A stretch of DNA of 64,000 bases from Okamejei kenojei (Eukaryota), in NCBI GenBank assembly GCA_035221665.1, contig CM069141.1, positions 15,128,001 through 15,192,000 on the forward strand, read 5' to 3'. Position 1 is the stretch's first letter; each line of letters begins with the position of its first letter. A program made the position numbers and the translations under genes. The notes beneath the pieces were generated by a model. That model was not told the origin of the DNA, did no database searches, and saw only the letters and a program-made list of their open reading frames with translations. This document shows, one piece after another, positions 26,125 to 39,018 of the stretch.

Positions 26125-26620
26125 TGTAGGAAGGAACTGCAGATGCTGGTTTACACCAAAGATAGACACAAAAAGCTGGAGTAATTCAGCGGGCCAGGCA
26201 GCATCTCTGGAGAAAAGGAATAGGCGATGTTTCGTGTCCAGACCCTTCTTCAGAATGAGAGTCCGGGAAGAGGGACAGAGATATGGAAGGGTGGGGTGTG
26301 AAAAGGACAGATCATTGCAGATGCTGGTCAAGGAAATGTAGAATGGTTCAGTTGGCTGAGGGGAAGTTGACAACAATGCATACAAACAGCAAAATTAATC
26401 AAGAGGACAGCGAAACTAGTCGGAGAATTAGGGTGAGGAGGGACGGGGAGAGAGAGGGAATACAAGGGTTACGAAGATAGACACAAAATGCTGGAGTAAG
26501 TCAGCGGGACAGGCAGCATTTCTGGAGTGGGTGACGTTTCGTGTCGACACCCTTCTTCGGTCATGGGTTACTTGAAGTTAGAGAAATCAGTAGCAATGCC
26601 GCTGGGTTATGAACTGTCCA
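26125..26620 (-). mobile_element. Penelope-like element 3' end with tandem pseudo-LTR fragments
   Basis: Reverse complement of the 40900-41155 Penelope end, with two CTGAAGAAGGG...GAAAC motif blocks. Confidence 0.7.
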
Positions 26621-27480
26621 AGAAATAAAACTCGCCAACGGTTTAATCCGGCCGCTCACTGACCTTAAACTCCATTCTGCTCTTCGCCTCGACGACATCA
26701 ACTGACGGCACATGCGCACTCACCCTCCACTACGCCATCAGAGTGCAGAGGCGCTGTTCACCGCCCAGCCGCAGGGGGCGCTGCAACCACAGGGCAGTGA
26801 GAGGCGCTGTTCGCCGCCAAGCCGCAGGGGGCGCTGCAACCACAGGGCAGTGAGACGCGCTGTTCACCGCCCAGCCGCAGGGGGCGCTGCAACCACAGGG
26901 CAGTGAGACGCGCTGTTCACCGCCCAGCCGCAGGGGGCGCTGCAACCACAGGGCAGTGAGAGGCGCTGTTCACCGCCCAGCCGCAGGGGGCGCTGCAACC
27001 AGGGATGTCCCCATCCCACCTCAGGGATTTTACGCTGAATTTTACATTTTTATAACTCACCTACCTTACCAAATATGAACGTTAGCTTACATTATATACC
27101 TTCATACAATATGTCCTATTCAAATTAAAGGTGAACATTGCTATCCCCATAACATCTTGCATGCAACAAAAGATGCACAAAAAACGGATCGCTTTCTCTA
27201 GGAGCATGCGCATTAACAATTGCCCTGGCGGTCTCCTTTAGAGCATGCGCAGTGAATCCCGGAGGCCTCCATTGGAGCATGCGCAGTGGCAAGCGACTGG
27301 GTCTCCCCTGGAGCATGCGCAGTGGCCGTCAGCTCGCTTCTCACAGCCCCGGTGGAAGTTGAGCGACGTGGCGGTGAGGAGTGGAGGGGACGCGCTGGGG
27401 GTGAGTTGTGGGCTGTGACTGCGACCCATGATGTGCTGTGTGGGGTGGAGGCGAGGGGACCGGTGACTGAGGGGTAAACC
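26600..27480. promoter_or_regulatory. CpG-island bidirectional promoter for MFAP3 (-) and FAM114A2 (+), probably containing both non-coding first exons
   Basis: Non-transposon CpG-dense segment between the divergent genes. It has GCATGCGCA motifs, minus-strand donor candidates (G|GTGAGT at 26723, AAG|GTCAGT at ~26663) and plus-strand donor candidates (GCG|GTGAGG at 27374, GG|GTGAGT at 27401). Confidence 0.75.
26747..27001 (+). repeat. GC-rich minisatellite, 53-bp unit x ~5
   Basis: GCAGGGGGCG recurs at 26771, 26824, 26877, 26930 and 26983, exactly 53 bp apart. Confidence 0.97.
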
Positions 27481-27977
27481 TCTATTTCTGCTGCATCTTC
27501 CACCGTCCCAGGAGGTCTCGCTCACTTCACAGCCAACAGTCTGAAAGAGGTTCTCGCCTTCTAACACTTCACCTATTCCTTGTCTCCAGAGAGGCTGGAC
27601 ACTTCGTTGAGTTACTCCTGCTATTTTTTTTTGTTTCTTATTATAGTTTGGTGCAGTGGCTGCCTGGCCCTTAAAGTCAGTCTGCCCAGAAGTTAGGGAC
27701 TGACGGTCACATCACCTGGGAGTAAGGTGAGGCAGTCGGAGTAATAAAACCTTCAACAACAAGAACCGAGAATGCAACCCATCTCCGAGGGTCCGGCAGC
27801 ATCTGTGAAGGCCAAAGCTTGCCCTTTTACCTCCACAGACCCGCTGCGTTTCTGATTCTAACATCTGCAGTCTCCTTTGCTTTAATAAATCCTTAATGTG
27901 CAAGCTTAATATGCATTTTAGTTTAGTACCTAGGATAGACACAATGTTGGAGTAACTCAGCGGGACAGGCAGCATCT

Positions 27978-30630
27978 CATAGAAACGTAGAAATTAGGTG
28001 CAGGAGTAGGCCATTCAGCCCTTCGAGCCTGCACCGCCATTCAATATGATCATGGCTGATCATCCAACTCAGTATCCCGTACCTGCCTTCTCTCCATACC
28101 CTCTGATCCCCTTAGCCACAAGGGCCACATCCAACTCACTCTTAAATATAGCCAATGAACTGGCCTCAAATACCCTCTGTGGCAGAGAGTTCCAGAGACT
28201 CACCACTCTCTGTGTGAAAAAAGTCTTTCTCATCTCGGTCTTAAAGGATTTCCCCCTTATCCTTAAGCTGTGACCCCTTGTCCTGGACTTCCCCAACATC
28301 GGGAACAATCTTCCTGCATCTAGCCTGTCCAACCCCTTAAGAATTTTGTAAGTTTCTATAAGATCCCCTCTCAATCTCCTAAATTCCAGAGAGTATAAAC
28401 CGAGTCTATCCAGTCTTTCTTCATCAGACAGTCCTGACATCCCAGGAATCAGTCTGGTGAACCTTCTCTGCACTCCCTCTATGGCAATAATGTCCTTCCT
28501 CAGATTTGGAGACCAAAAACTGTACGCAATACTCCAGGTGTGGTCTCACCAAGACCCTGTACAACTGAAGTAGAACCTCCCTGCTCCTGTACTCAAATCC
28601 TTTTGCTATGAAAGCTAACATACCATTCGCTTTTTTTCACTGCCTGCTGCACCTGCATGCCTACTTTCAATGACTGGTGTACCATGACACCCAGGTCTCG
28701 CTGCATCTCCCCTTTTCCTAATCGGCCACCATTTAAATAATAGTCTGCTTTCCTGTTTTTGCCACCAAAGTGGATAACCTCACATTTATCCACATTTTAC
28801 TGCATCTGCCAAACATTTGCCCACTCACCCAGCCTATCCAAGTCACCTTGCAGTCTCCTAGCATCCTCCTCACAGCTAACACTGCCCCCCAACTTAGTGT
28901 CATCCGCAAACTTGGAGATATTGCCTTCAATTCCCTCATCCAGATCATTAATATATATTGTAAATAGCTGGGGTCCCAGCACTGAGCCCTGCGGTACCCC
29001 ACTAGTCACTGCCTGCCATTGTGAAAAGGACCCGTTTACTCCTACTCTTTGCTTCCTGTTTGCCAGCCAGTTCTCTATCCACATCAATACTGAACCCCTA
29101 ATACCGTATGCTTTAAGTTTGTATACTAATCTCTTATGTGGGACCTTGTCGAAAGCCTTCTGGAAGTCCAGATATACCACATCCACTGGTTCTCCCTTAT
29201 CCACGCTACTAGTTACATCCTCGAAAAATTCCACAAGATTCGTCAGACATGATTACCTTTCGTAAATCCATGCTGACTTTGTCCAATGATTTCACCACTT
29301 TCCAAATGTGCTGCTATCCCATCTTTAATAACTGACTCTAGCAGTTTCCCCACTACCGATGTTAGACTAACTGGTCTGTAATTCCCCGTTTTCTCTCTCC
29401 CTCCCTTCTTAAAAAGAGGGGTTACATTTGCTACCCGCCAATCCTCAGGAACTACTCCAGAATCTAAAGAGTTTTGAAAGATTATCACTAATGCATCCAC
29501 TATTTCCTGAGCTACTTCCTTAAGTACTCTGGGATGCAGCCTATCTGGCCCTGGGGATTTATCGGCCTTTAATCTATTCAATTTACCCAACACCACTTCC
29601 CGACTGACCTGGATTTCACTCAATTCCTCCTTTGACCCACAGTCCCCTGCTATTTCCGGCAGATTATTTATGTCTTCCTTAGTGAAGACGGAACCAAAGT
29701 AGTTATTCAATTGGTCCGCCATATCCTTGTTCCCCATGATCAACTCACCTGTTTCTGATTGCAAGGGACCTACATTTGTTTTAACTAACCTCTTTCTCTT
29801 CACATATCGATAAAAACTTTTGCAGTCAGTTTTTATGTTCCCTGCCAGTTTTCTTTCATAATCTATTTTTCCTTTCCTAATTAAGCCCTTTGTCCTCCTC
29901 TGCTGGTCTCTGAATTTCTCCCAGTCCTCTGGTATGCTGCTTTTTCTGGCTACTTTGTACGCATCATCCTTTGCTTTGATACTATCCCTGATTTCCCTTG
30001 TTATCCACGGATGCACTACCTTCCCCGATTTATTCTTTTGCCAAACTGGGATGAACAATTTTTGTAGTTCATCCATGCAGTCTTTAAATGTCTTCCATTG
30101 TATATCCACCGTCAACCTTTTAGAATTAATTGCTAGTCAATCTTGGCCAATTCACGTCTCATTCCCTCAAAGTTACCTTTCTTTAAGTTCAGAACCATTG
30201 TTTCTGAATTAACAATGTCACTCTCCATCCTAATGAAGAACTCAACCATATTATGGTCACTCTTGCCCAAGGGGGCACGTACAACAAGACGGCTAACTAC
30301 CCCTTCCTCATTACTCAAAACCAGTCTAAAATAGCCTGCTCTCTCGTTGGTTCCTCTACATGTTGATTTAGATAACTATCCCGCATACATTCCAAAAAAT
30401 CCTCTTCCTCAGCACCCCTGCCAATTTGATTAACCCAATCTATATGTAGATTGAAGTCACCCATTATAACTGTTTTGCCTTTGTCGCACGCATTTCTAAT
30501 TTCCTGTTTGATACCATCCCCAACTTCTCTGCTACTGTTAGGTGGCCTGTACACAACACCCACCAGCGTTTTCTGCCCCTTAGTGTTTTGTAGCTCTACC
30601 ATACCGATTCCACATCCTCCAAGCTAATGT
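27978..30630 (-). mobile_element. CR1-clade LINE, ORF2 (part of APE plus RT) and 3'UTR, few disruptions
   Basis: [67 protein letters not shown]. Confidence 0.96.
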
Positions 30631-33397
30631 CCTGGACTATTCCTCTGGAGAGAAGGAACGAGTCACATCACTCATCATTGAAGATGTGGGAACTTTATCC
30701 TGCACTGTGGATGGCTCGATTGTAATTTAGCACCTTCTGCAGTGAGGTTCAACACATTTTGGACAGTCAATGAATTAAAACAAAATAAGAATAGTATCAT
30801 CTTGAATTTAAATACATCTTGCCAACCATCAAGAAATGTGCATTTTGCCAAACAGTTGTGCACAGATTAAGTAATTTTGTTGAAAAATAAAATGTTTTAA
30901 AGTAGAAGATAGAACAATGTGCTGAATTTTGTTGATGGTTTTGATGAAGCCAATACCATCAGGCAAGAGGTACAGGAGTGTGAAAACTCCTACCTCCAGA
31001 TACATGGAAAGTTTCTACCCAGCTGTCATCAGGTAACTGAACCACCCTATCAACTAGAGAGCAGTCCTGACCTACCCTCTGCCGCATTAGAGACCTTTGG
31101 ACTAACTTTAATTGGACATTCCTGGACTATAATTTGCATTATACATTATTCCCTGTATCTGCACACTGGTTGGCTTGATTGTAATTGTGTTTAGTTTTTC
31201 CACTGACTAGATAACATGCAACCAAAATCTTTTCACTGTACCTCAGTACATGTGACAAGCTAAAAAAGGTGTGCTGCCCTGAATCATTTCCTCAAGTACT
31301 TATGTTCTGTTACAGTGGTGCCCCAATTAGTACTAGCCTGCAAAGGGTTGATTTGTTATAATGTTATTGTCCTTCAGTCTGTACTTGGAGGGATGTAGCA
31401 AGGCAAGGAAATATCCAGTAAATGGGAGGATATTGGGTTGTGTGAAGGAAATGGGAGAACTGTAGAAAATATTTTATCGGGATGCATCACAGCATGTTTT
31501 GTGAACGGATCCATCCAAGACCCCAAGAAATTGCAGAGATTTGTGGACGCAGCCCAGACTGTCACACAAACCAATTTCCCTTCCATTTACACATCACACA
31601 GCCTCGGCAAAGCCACCAGCATATTCAAGGACGAGTCTCACCCGGTCATCAGGCAAGAGATACAGTAGTGTGAAAATGCACACCTCCAGATTCAGGGACA
31701 GTTTCTTCCCAGCTGTTATTAGGCAACTGAACTGTCCTATTAACAACTAGAGAGTGGTCCTGAGCTACTATCTACCTGGAGGGCCTCCGACTACTTTTAT
31801 CTTGCACTAAGTGTCAATCCCTTATGTATTTGTACTCTGGATGACTCAATTTGTAACCATGTATGGTCTTTCCACTGACTGGTTAGCAGGCAACAAAGGC
31901 CTTTCACTATACCTTGCTACACCTGACAGTAAACTAAACCTTACAGTATATGTCAGCAGATCTTTACAAAGTGGGTTCATTAAGTGGTTTGAAGAAAAAT
32001 GACAGAATGCTTTCCTTTATTTGACAAAGCATAGGATATAAGACCAGAAAGGTTATACTGGAATAATTTGCAACATTAATTGGGTTGCAGGTTTGGTTCT
32101 GCATGGCATTTGCTCACTGTTCCCGGACCAGATATGCCTTCTATGGAGAAAGCGCACAGGAGATTTACAAGGCTGTTACCAGGACTGGAAAATGTTAGCA
32201 CTGGCAAAGAATAAAGAGACTTGTTTACGTTGCAGCAGAGTAGCCTGGGGAGGGAGGTTTAAATGAGTTGTATAACATTTTAAAAGCATTGGGTAGAGTA
32301 TGAAAGCAAGGATCTATTTACCCTGGAATGGCCAAAAGGTAGTGGCATAGATTTAAAGTTGACAGATGGGGAGTAGGGAATGAGTTTTTATTATTTGGAG
32401 CAGAATAAGGTCTTGAATTCAGTGCCTGAAAGATTGGTGGAGGCAGAAACTTCATCACAATTAAACAACACTTGGATATAGACATCACTTACGATCTTAC
32501 GACACAAAGTGGTGGAGTAACGCAGCAGTTCAGGCAGTATCAGAGAAAAAGGATGGCTAACGTTTTGGGTCAGAACCCTTCTTCAGACAGTATTTATATA
32601 TTAAGGGTCATGGCCTGCAAGGCTGTAGCTTGAGTACTGAAAGGTGGAATTAGATTATCTTTTTCACTGGGCTAAAGCCTACATGTGTCATCTCTTTTAT
32701 GTGACTCCATGATTTATATAAAAGACCATTTTAAAATAATTAATTTTAACTTAAACAATAAGACTTTACCACTAAATACTTAAACGTTGCTGGAATAATT
32801 TGCAGTAGAATCTAAATTGATTCAGATTTAACAATCCTATGCAGCCATTCCCCTCCATTGAAATGAAAAAATAAACATTAACGGTGTGATTTAGTTTTTG
32901 TGGCAAGTTTATTGTGTAAATGCAAAACAAAATACTCGCGCTGCTGTTCCCACGTAGGAGTGCAACATTGGTTATGGTCGAGACAAAATGGCAGCAAACG
33001 GGTATAACAATGTTGAGACATTTATGGAAGTTGCGAACAATCAAGCAGGAAAATGTCTGCAATGATGTGGGAGGCTCATCAAAATATGTGCCAGGGTATT
33101 TTAGTGGGTTATTCCTAAGTTCATAAGTCATAGGAGCAGAAGTAGGCTATTCAGAACATCGAGTCTACTCCACCATTCAATCATGGCTGATCTATCTTCC
33201 CCCTGAACACCATTCTCCTGTCTTCTCTCTGTAATCCTTAACACCCTTATTAATCAGGAATCTGTCAATCTCTGTCTTAGAAATACCCAATGACTTGGCC
33301 TCCACAGCCGGCTGCAATGAATTCCACAGATTCGCCACCCTCTGACGAAAGAATTTCCTCCTCATCTCCTTTCCAAAGATGCATCCTTTTATTCTTA

Positions 33398-33576
33398 AGG
33401 GCCTGTCCCACTTCGCCGTGATTTGCATGTCACGCGGAATCCTGCGACGCCGCACATGGCCGCGCATCACTGCCTATGTCATCGCGCATCACGTGCGTGT
33501 CACAACGTGTGCGTCATGACGCGCAAATGATGTCGCGTAAATGACGCGCAAATGACGGCCAAGTGGGACAGGTCCT
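33398..33576. mobile_element. PIF/Harbinger-like MITE inserted in a CR1 3' fragment
   Basis: About 27-bp TIRs AGGGCCTGTCCCACTTCGCCGTGATTTGC / GCAAATGACGGCCAAGTGGGACAGGTCCT; flanks TTA and TGA; CpG-rich interior. Confidence 0.72.
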
Positions 33577-34584
33577 TGAGGCTGTGCCCACTGATCCTAG
33601 ACTCTCCCACTAGTGGAAACATCCTCTCCGCATCCACTCTGTCCAGTTTGAGTGTTGTGTGTTGAGCAGATTACCAGGAATAACTCACCTTAACCATAAA
33701 ATACACTCTTATTTCATTTCAAATTCATAGCAATTTCTCCCTTTATTTCCATATAAATAAAAAATGACCAAAGTGTCTCATAACTATAACTCCTCATAAC
33801 CATGTACAGTTTTGGTCAGTCTGAAGAAAGGTCTTGATCTGAAACATCTAAAATGAATTTAGGAGGAGAGGCAATGCTAGTTTCCCCAGTTGATTCCTGG
33901 GATGAGGTCGGTTGTATGAGAGAGTGAGTGATGCGTTTGCTGGAATTTGGAAAAATGAGGTGACTTTAGTGAAGCATAAACATTTCTCGGTGCTGGACAG
34001 ATGCTTCTCCTGATGTACAGTCTTGCCTGTGGGCTTGTTTCAAGTTGGAAAATGCCATAAGGAACTGAGTTTTCACACAGAGAGTGGTGAATCTGTGGAA
34101 TTCTCTGCCACAGAAGGTAGTTGAGGCCAGTTCATTGGCTATATTTAAGAGGGAGTTAGACGTGGCCCTTGTGGCTAAAGGGATCGGGGGATATGGAGAG
34201 AAGGCAGGTACAGGATACGGAGTTGGATGATCAGCCATGATCATATTGAATGGCGGTGCAGGCTCGAAGGGCCAAATGGCCTACTCCTGCACCTATTTTC
34301 TATGTTTCTATGAGGTCTGAAATCTCTTCACAGGATTTCAGACTTTCTCCATTCCAGAGATAGCGTGTCTCCATTCTGCACAATCAGTGAGTACGTTACA
34401 AACTGAGATTGATAGGACTTGGGGCACGAAAGACGGTAAGGGATGTTTGGATAGGCCAGCATAGTATCGTTTAAGACATTGAGGATTGATCTTACTGAAT
34501 GATGGAGCAGGTTTGTGATTATGTGGATTATCCCTTTGAGTTATCACAAACTAATTTTGGTATTCACTCGCAGATATATCAAAG

Positions 34585-34893
34585 ATGGAGGAAACTGAAA
34601 CTACGGAGGCACCCGAGGATAAAGAATCTTTAATTTCAGAAGAAAGTTTAAGTGTTGCAGCCAACAGACAGGAAAGCAATAAAAAGGATGTAACATTGCA
34701 GCACTCCAAGTCTGAACTTGGGACGAACACTACAGACGATTCTCAAACTGAGGACTACGAGTCTGCAGAAAGGAAACTTGAAATTAATGAAAGTAAAGGC
34801 AAGAATTCCATCAGTATGACAAGAAAGAGACCGGAATCAAAAGGATCCACTCCTGGGATAACCGAACAGCAATCCTCGGAGCTTGATGACAAG
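34585..34893 (+). CDS. FAM114A2: FAM114A2 first coding exon
   Basis: Acceptor cgcag| at 34573, ATG at 34585, acidic low-complexity N-terminus with TRKRPESK, donor AAG|GTAAGC; 103 codons, phase 0. Confidence 0.82.
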
Positions 34894-35062
34894 GTAAGCA
34901 ATATTAGATGTTCTTGTACGAGTGATTATTTAACCTTGATTAAGTGTTTCTGTGTTGCCCTTGATTGCATTGGCAGGAATTTACATTCTCGTCCAAAAGA
35001 TGATTGTGCAAGTGAGAAATATGGTTGGCATTTAACCCCACTGATCATGACCTGTTTTGCAG

Positions 35063-35162
35063 CCAAAGGTCGTCTCTGGTCAGGAGGCAGGAAGTTGGGG
35101 CTACTGGGGCAATTGGGGGAAGTCACTGCTTACTACAGCAACAGCCACAGTTGCATCTGTTG
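35063..35162 (+). CDS. FAM114A2: FAM114A2 exon (GSWGYWGNWGKSLLTTATATVASV)
   Basis: Bounded by tttgcag| and G|GTGAGT; carries the hallmark FAM114 WGxWGxWGKSLL motif. Confidence 0.93.
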
Positions 35163-35349
35163 GTGAGTTTATTGCTGTCCTTTAGAAATATAATTCCTGT
35201 AAAATCTTGTGAATGTTGATTTTTCTAGAATGTTTTTAAATGTACTCTAGTCTATGTACGCCTGCAAGTTCTCCAAGACCATGAGACATGGCATCAGCTG
35301 GGAGCACAGTGACGTGAAATGGTGCCTGGTTCTGTTCAATTGACCTTTT

Positions 35350-36960
35350 CCCCAATACAGTCATACAACGTGGAGACAGGCCCTTTGACTCAACTTGCCC
35401 ACACTGACCAGCATTTCCCATCTATACTAGTCCCACCTGGCTGCGTTTGGCCCATATCTCTCCAAACCTATCTTTTTAATTTACCTATCTAAATGTTCCT
35501 AAACGTTGAATTAGTACTTGCCTCACGTACCTCCTCCAGCAGCTCGTTCCAGACACCCACACCCTTTGTGTGAAAAAGTTACCCCTCAGGTTCCTGTTAA
35601 ATCTTCTTCTCCCTCCCCCCCACTCCCCCCATCACCTTAAACCTATGTCCTCTGGTTCTCGACTTTAAACCTCTCTCAGACAATAGACACCAGGTGCAGG
35701 AGTAGGCCATTCGGCCCTTCGAGCCAGCACCGCCATTCAATGTGATCATGGCTGATCATCCCCGTTCCTGCCTTCTCCCCATATCACCTGACTCCGTTAT
35801 CTTTAAGAGTCCTATCTAGCTCTCTCTTGAAAGTATCCAGAGAACTGGCCTCCACTGCCCTCTGAGGCAGAGAATTCCACAGACTCACAACTCTGTGAGA
35901 AAAAGTGTTTCCTCGTCTCCGTTCTAAATGGCTTACTCCTTATTCTTAAACTGTGGCCCCCGGTTCTGGACTCCCCCAACATCGGGAACATGTTTCCTGC
36001 CTCTAGCGTGTCCAACCCCTTAATAATCTTATATGTTTCAATAAGATACCCTCTCATCCTTCTAAACTCCAGAGTGTACAGGCCCAGCTGCTCACTAGTG
36101 ACGGGACAGAGGTGAGTTGGGAATGTGGGTAATGCTTTGTGGGTTAAGGAGAAGAGGGGGATAGTCTGAATGGAAGAGGTAGACAGAATAAAGGGTTGCA
36201 ATTGAGGGCAAGTAATCCCTGACTCCATCCCCAAACACTATGTCTTTCCCCTTTCTGCAGTGCCCACTAGTCACTGCCTGCCATTCAGAAAAGGACTGTT
36301 AATTCCTACTCTTTGCTTCCTGTCTGCCAACTAGTTCTCTATCCATGTCAATACCCAACCCCCAATACCATGTAGTCTAATTTTGTGCACTGATCTTCTT
36401 GTGTGGGACCTTATCAAAGGCTTTTTGAAAGTCCAGATGCACCACATCTACTGGCTATCCCTTATCCATTCTACTTACATTCCCAAAAAATTCCAGAAGA
36501 TTAATCAAATATGATTCCCTTCCTAAATCCATGCTGACTTTGACCACTCCTGTCACTGCTTTCCAATTAATATTTCCAATTTTAAATGAAAAATTAAATA
36601 ATGGAAGCTAAGGATTGTAGGCAAATTAGTTGTGGTGTCTTAGATCATTCATGAACTACCAAAAAGGTTGTATTGGCAGTCTTAATCCATGTTATGGTGG
36701 ATAAATCTCCAGGGCCTGACCAAGTACATTCTTGGATTTTGTGGAAAGCTTGGGATGAAATTGTGACCTGGAGGGTGGCTACTGGTGTGCCATTATTTAA
36801 GATGGGCAGCAAGTAGATGTCTGGGAACGACAGACCAGTGGGCTTGGGTAGGTTACTGGAGGGGATTCTGAAAGATGAAATCTACCAGTATGTGGATTGA
36901 TAAAGACTGATTGGGTGTAGCCAGCATGAATTTGTTCATGGGACATTGTGTCTGATTATG
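35350..36960. mobile_element. Cluster of CR1 fragments (mostly minus strand)
   Basis: 3' ends at ~35357-35660 and 35680-36092; RT pieces at 36260-36565 (-) and ~36700-36955 (+). Confidence 0.85.
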
Positions 36961-37854
36961 GCATGATGATCATGAAACACCTTGATGTTTCTCTGTGTTA
37001 AAAGTTTAATAATGCAAATTGTGGATGGAGTGGTCCACCTTACAAGAAGTGCATGACGATAGTCAGGTGGAGACTGGAATATTTTTAAGCTATCTCAGTT
37101 AATCGTAGATTGACAACATGTTTACAAAATTCGCTTTTGAATAATCTTTTTGAGTTTGAGATTTTTTTTTGGTGGGGGGCAGGGTGAGAAAGGTTCGGAT
37201 TTAAAGATGTCTTTATTTTATAATTGTTTCAGATCTTGATGTTGCTTATTGAATCTTTAAAATCCAGTCGGGAGGGTCCTGAAACTCGACATGCAATTGA
37301 CAGCTCTTCATTGCATTCATGCTAAATATGGTGTATTAGTTTTGAAATACTTGCTTTTAGTTGCTTTTTTTAATATGGCAGTAGACAATAAGTAAGAGAG
37401 CAGGACAGGTGCAGCCGGAAAATGGGTTACTGATCGCTAGGTTTGTCATCTGAAATCCTTCTGTAGAAGTTACTGACATAGAAACATAGAAACATAGAAA
37501 TTAGGTGCAGGAGTAGGCCATTCAGCCCTTCGAGCCTGCACCGCCATTCAATATGATCATGGCTGATCATCCAACTCAGTATCCCGTACCTGCCTTCTCT
37601 CCATTCCCTCTGATCCCCTTAGCCACAAGGGCCACATCCAACTCACTCTTAAATATAGCAAGAGCTTTAGAATGTTAAATTCATCCAAAAAAACAGAATA
37701 GGATCCTGACAGTAACTTGGTTGCCAGCTCTAAAGCAAGATACGCTTTCAAAATGTGACTGTGATTGCTGATTTTTCACAGCAAAGTTGTTTGCCAATGT
37801 TGAGTTGGTGAAAGCTGAGGTCATCTCTTCTCTCCTTAGACTGACACTAATTAG

Positions 37855-38043
<189 letters not shown>

Positions 38044-38917
38044 TAATGTCCGTGAATGATTAAAATAGAGGACATGACGAAGGATAATGATGCAAATGAC
38101 ACCATGCTTTTTGGGCTGAAAAATCCTCAGTTCTACCTGTTTTTACTATACATTACTTATGAAACTTTATAAAGCCCCTCTTTCGTTAAGGTGCAAGATC
38201 TCAAGAAATTAAGCATTCTCACTGACAACTGGAGGAGCCTAGTGAATAACCAACAAATCTGAAGAAACCAGGCCAATGATATACAGTCATTGAGAGGACT
38301 AGATGCCACATGCTAAGGCTTCAAGCTGGCTAGTGGATGTGCTAGTGGGACATTTTGCTGCTGGCAAATAAGGCTCTCTTCCCAGAGCTTGCTAAGCACT
38401 GTTGACAACAGTGAGCCATCTGACATCTGCAAGGATGGTCATGCAGTCACACACCACAGAAATGTGTCCATGTCAGTCATGAAGCACCATTGAACCCATC
38501 TTACATAATTCCATTTCATTCTTCCCATCTTATCAACTTTCTGCAAATCCTGTCACTCGCCTACCTACACACCAGACACAATTTACAGTAGCCAATTAAT
38601 CTACCAACCATAAAGTTGGGAATGTGGAAGGAAGTGAGCATCCATGGGGAAGCCAAAGCAGACACTTGGAGAACATACAAGCTGCATACAAACAGCACGA
38701 CAGTTGGGGTGTGAGCTGGGTCACTGTCCCGTGACCCTAGCGGCACTAGAATGCCACTTTGTTAGGTTTACACTTTGAAGTAATTAAGCAAAAAGGACCA
38801 TGTAAATGCAAGTAATTAAGGATCTGCACATTGTTGTATCAGTGTTATAACATGATATGTGCCTAACTTAATTTGTGTAAATAATTTTAATTTCTGCAGT
38901 ACTAATTTGCTTTCCAG

Positions 38918-39018
38918 AAAACTCTGAAGAAGGCCCTAAAACTGAAAGTGGAACCTCCTCCCCAACCAGTGGAGCGTTTGGGATGTTTTCTACCATAACA
39001 AGTGCAGTACAAAGCACG
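38918..39018 (+). CDS. FAM114A2: FAM114A2 exon (...GAFGMFSTITSAVQST)
   Basis: Bounded by ttccag| and ACG|GTGAGT; phase 1-0. An alternative in-frame acceptor lies 18 nt upstream. Confidence 0.9.

Noticed and set aside
34894-35166. Read-through of the 193-aa ORF, or a 35-nt micro-exon at 34977-35011
   Set aside because: A strong donor sits at 34894 and the conserved WGYWG exon is in another frame. The micro-exon would contain a stop and leave a 51-nt intron.
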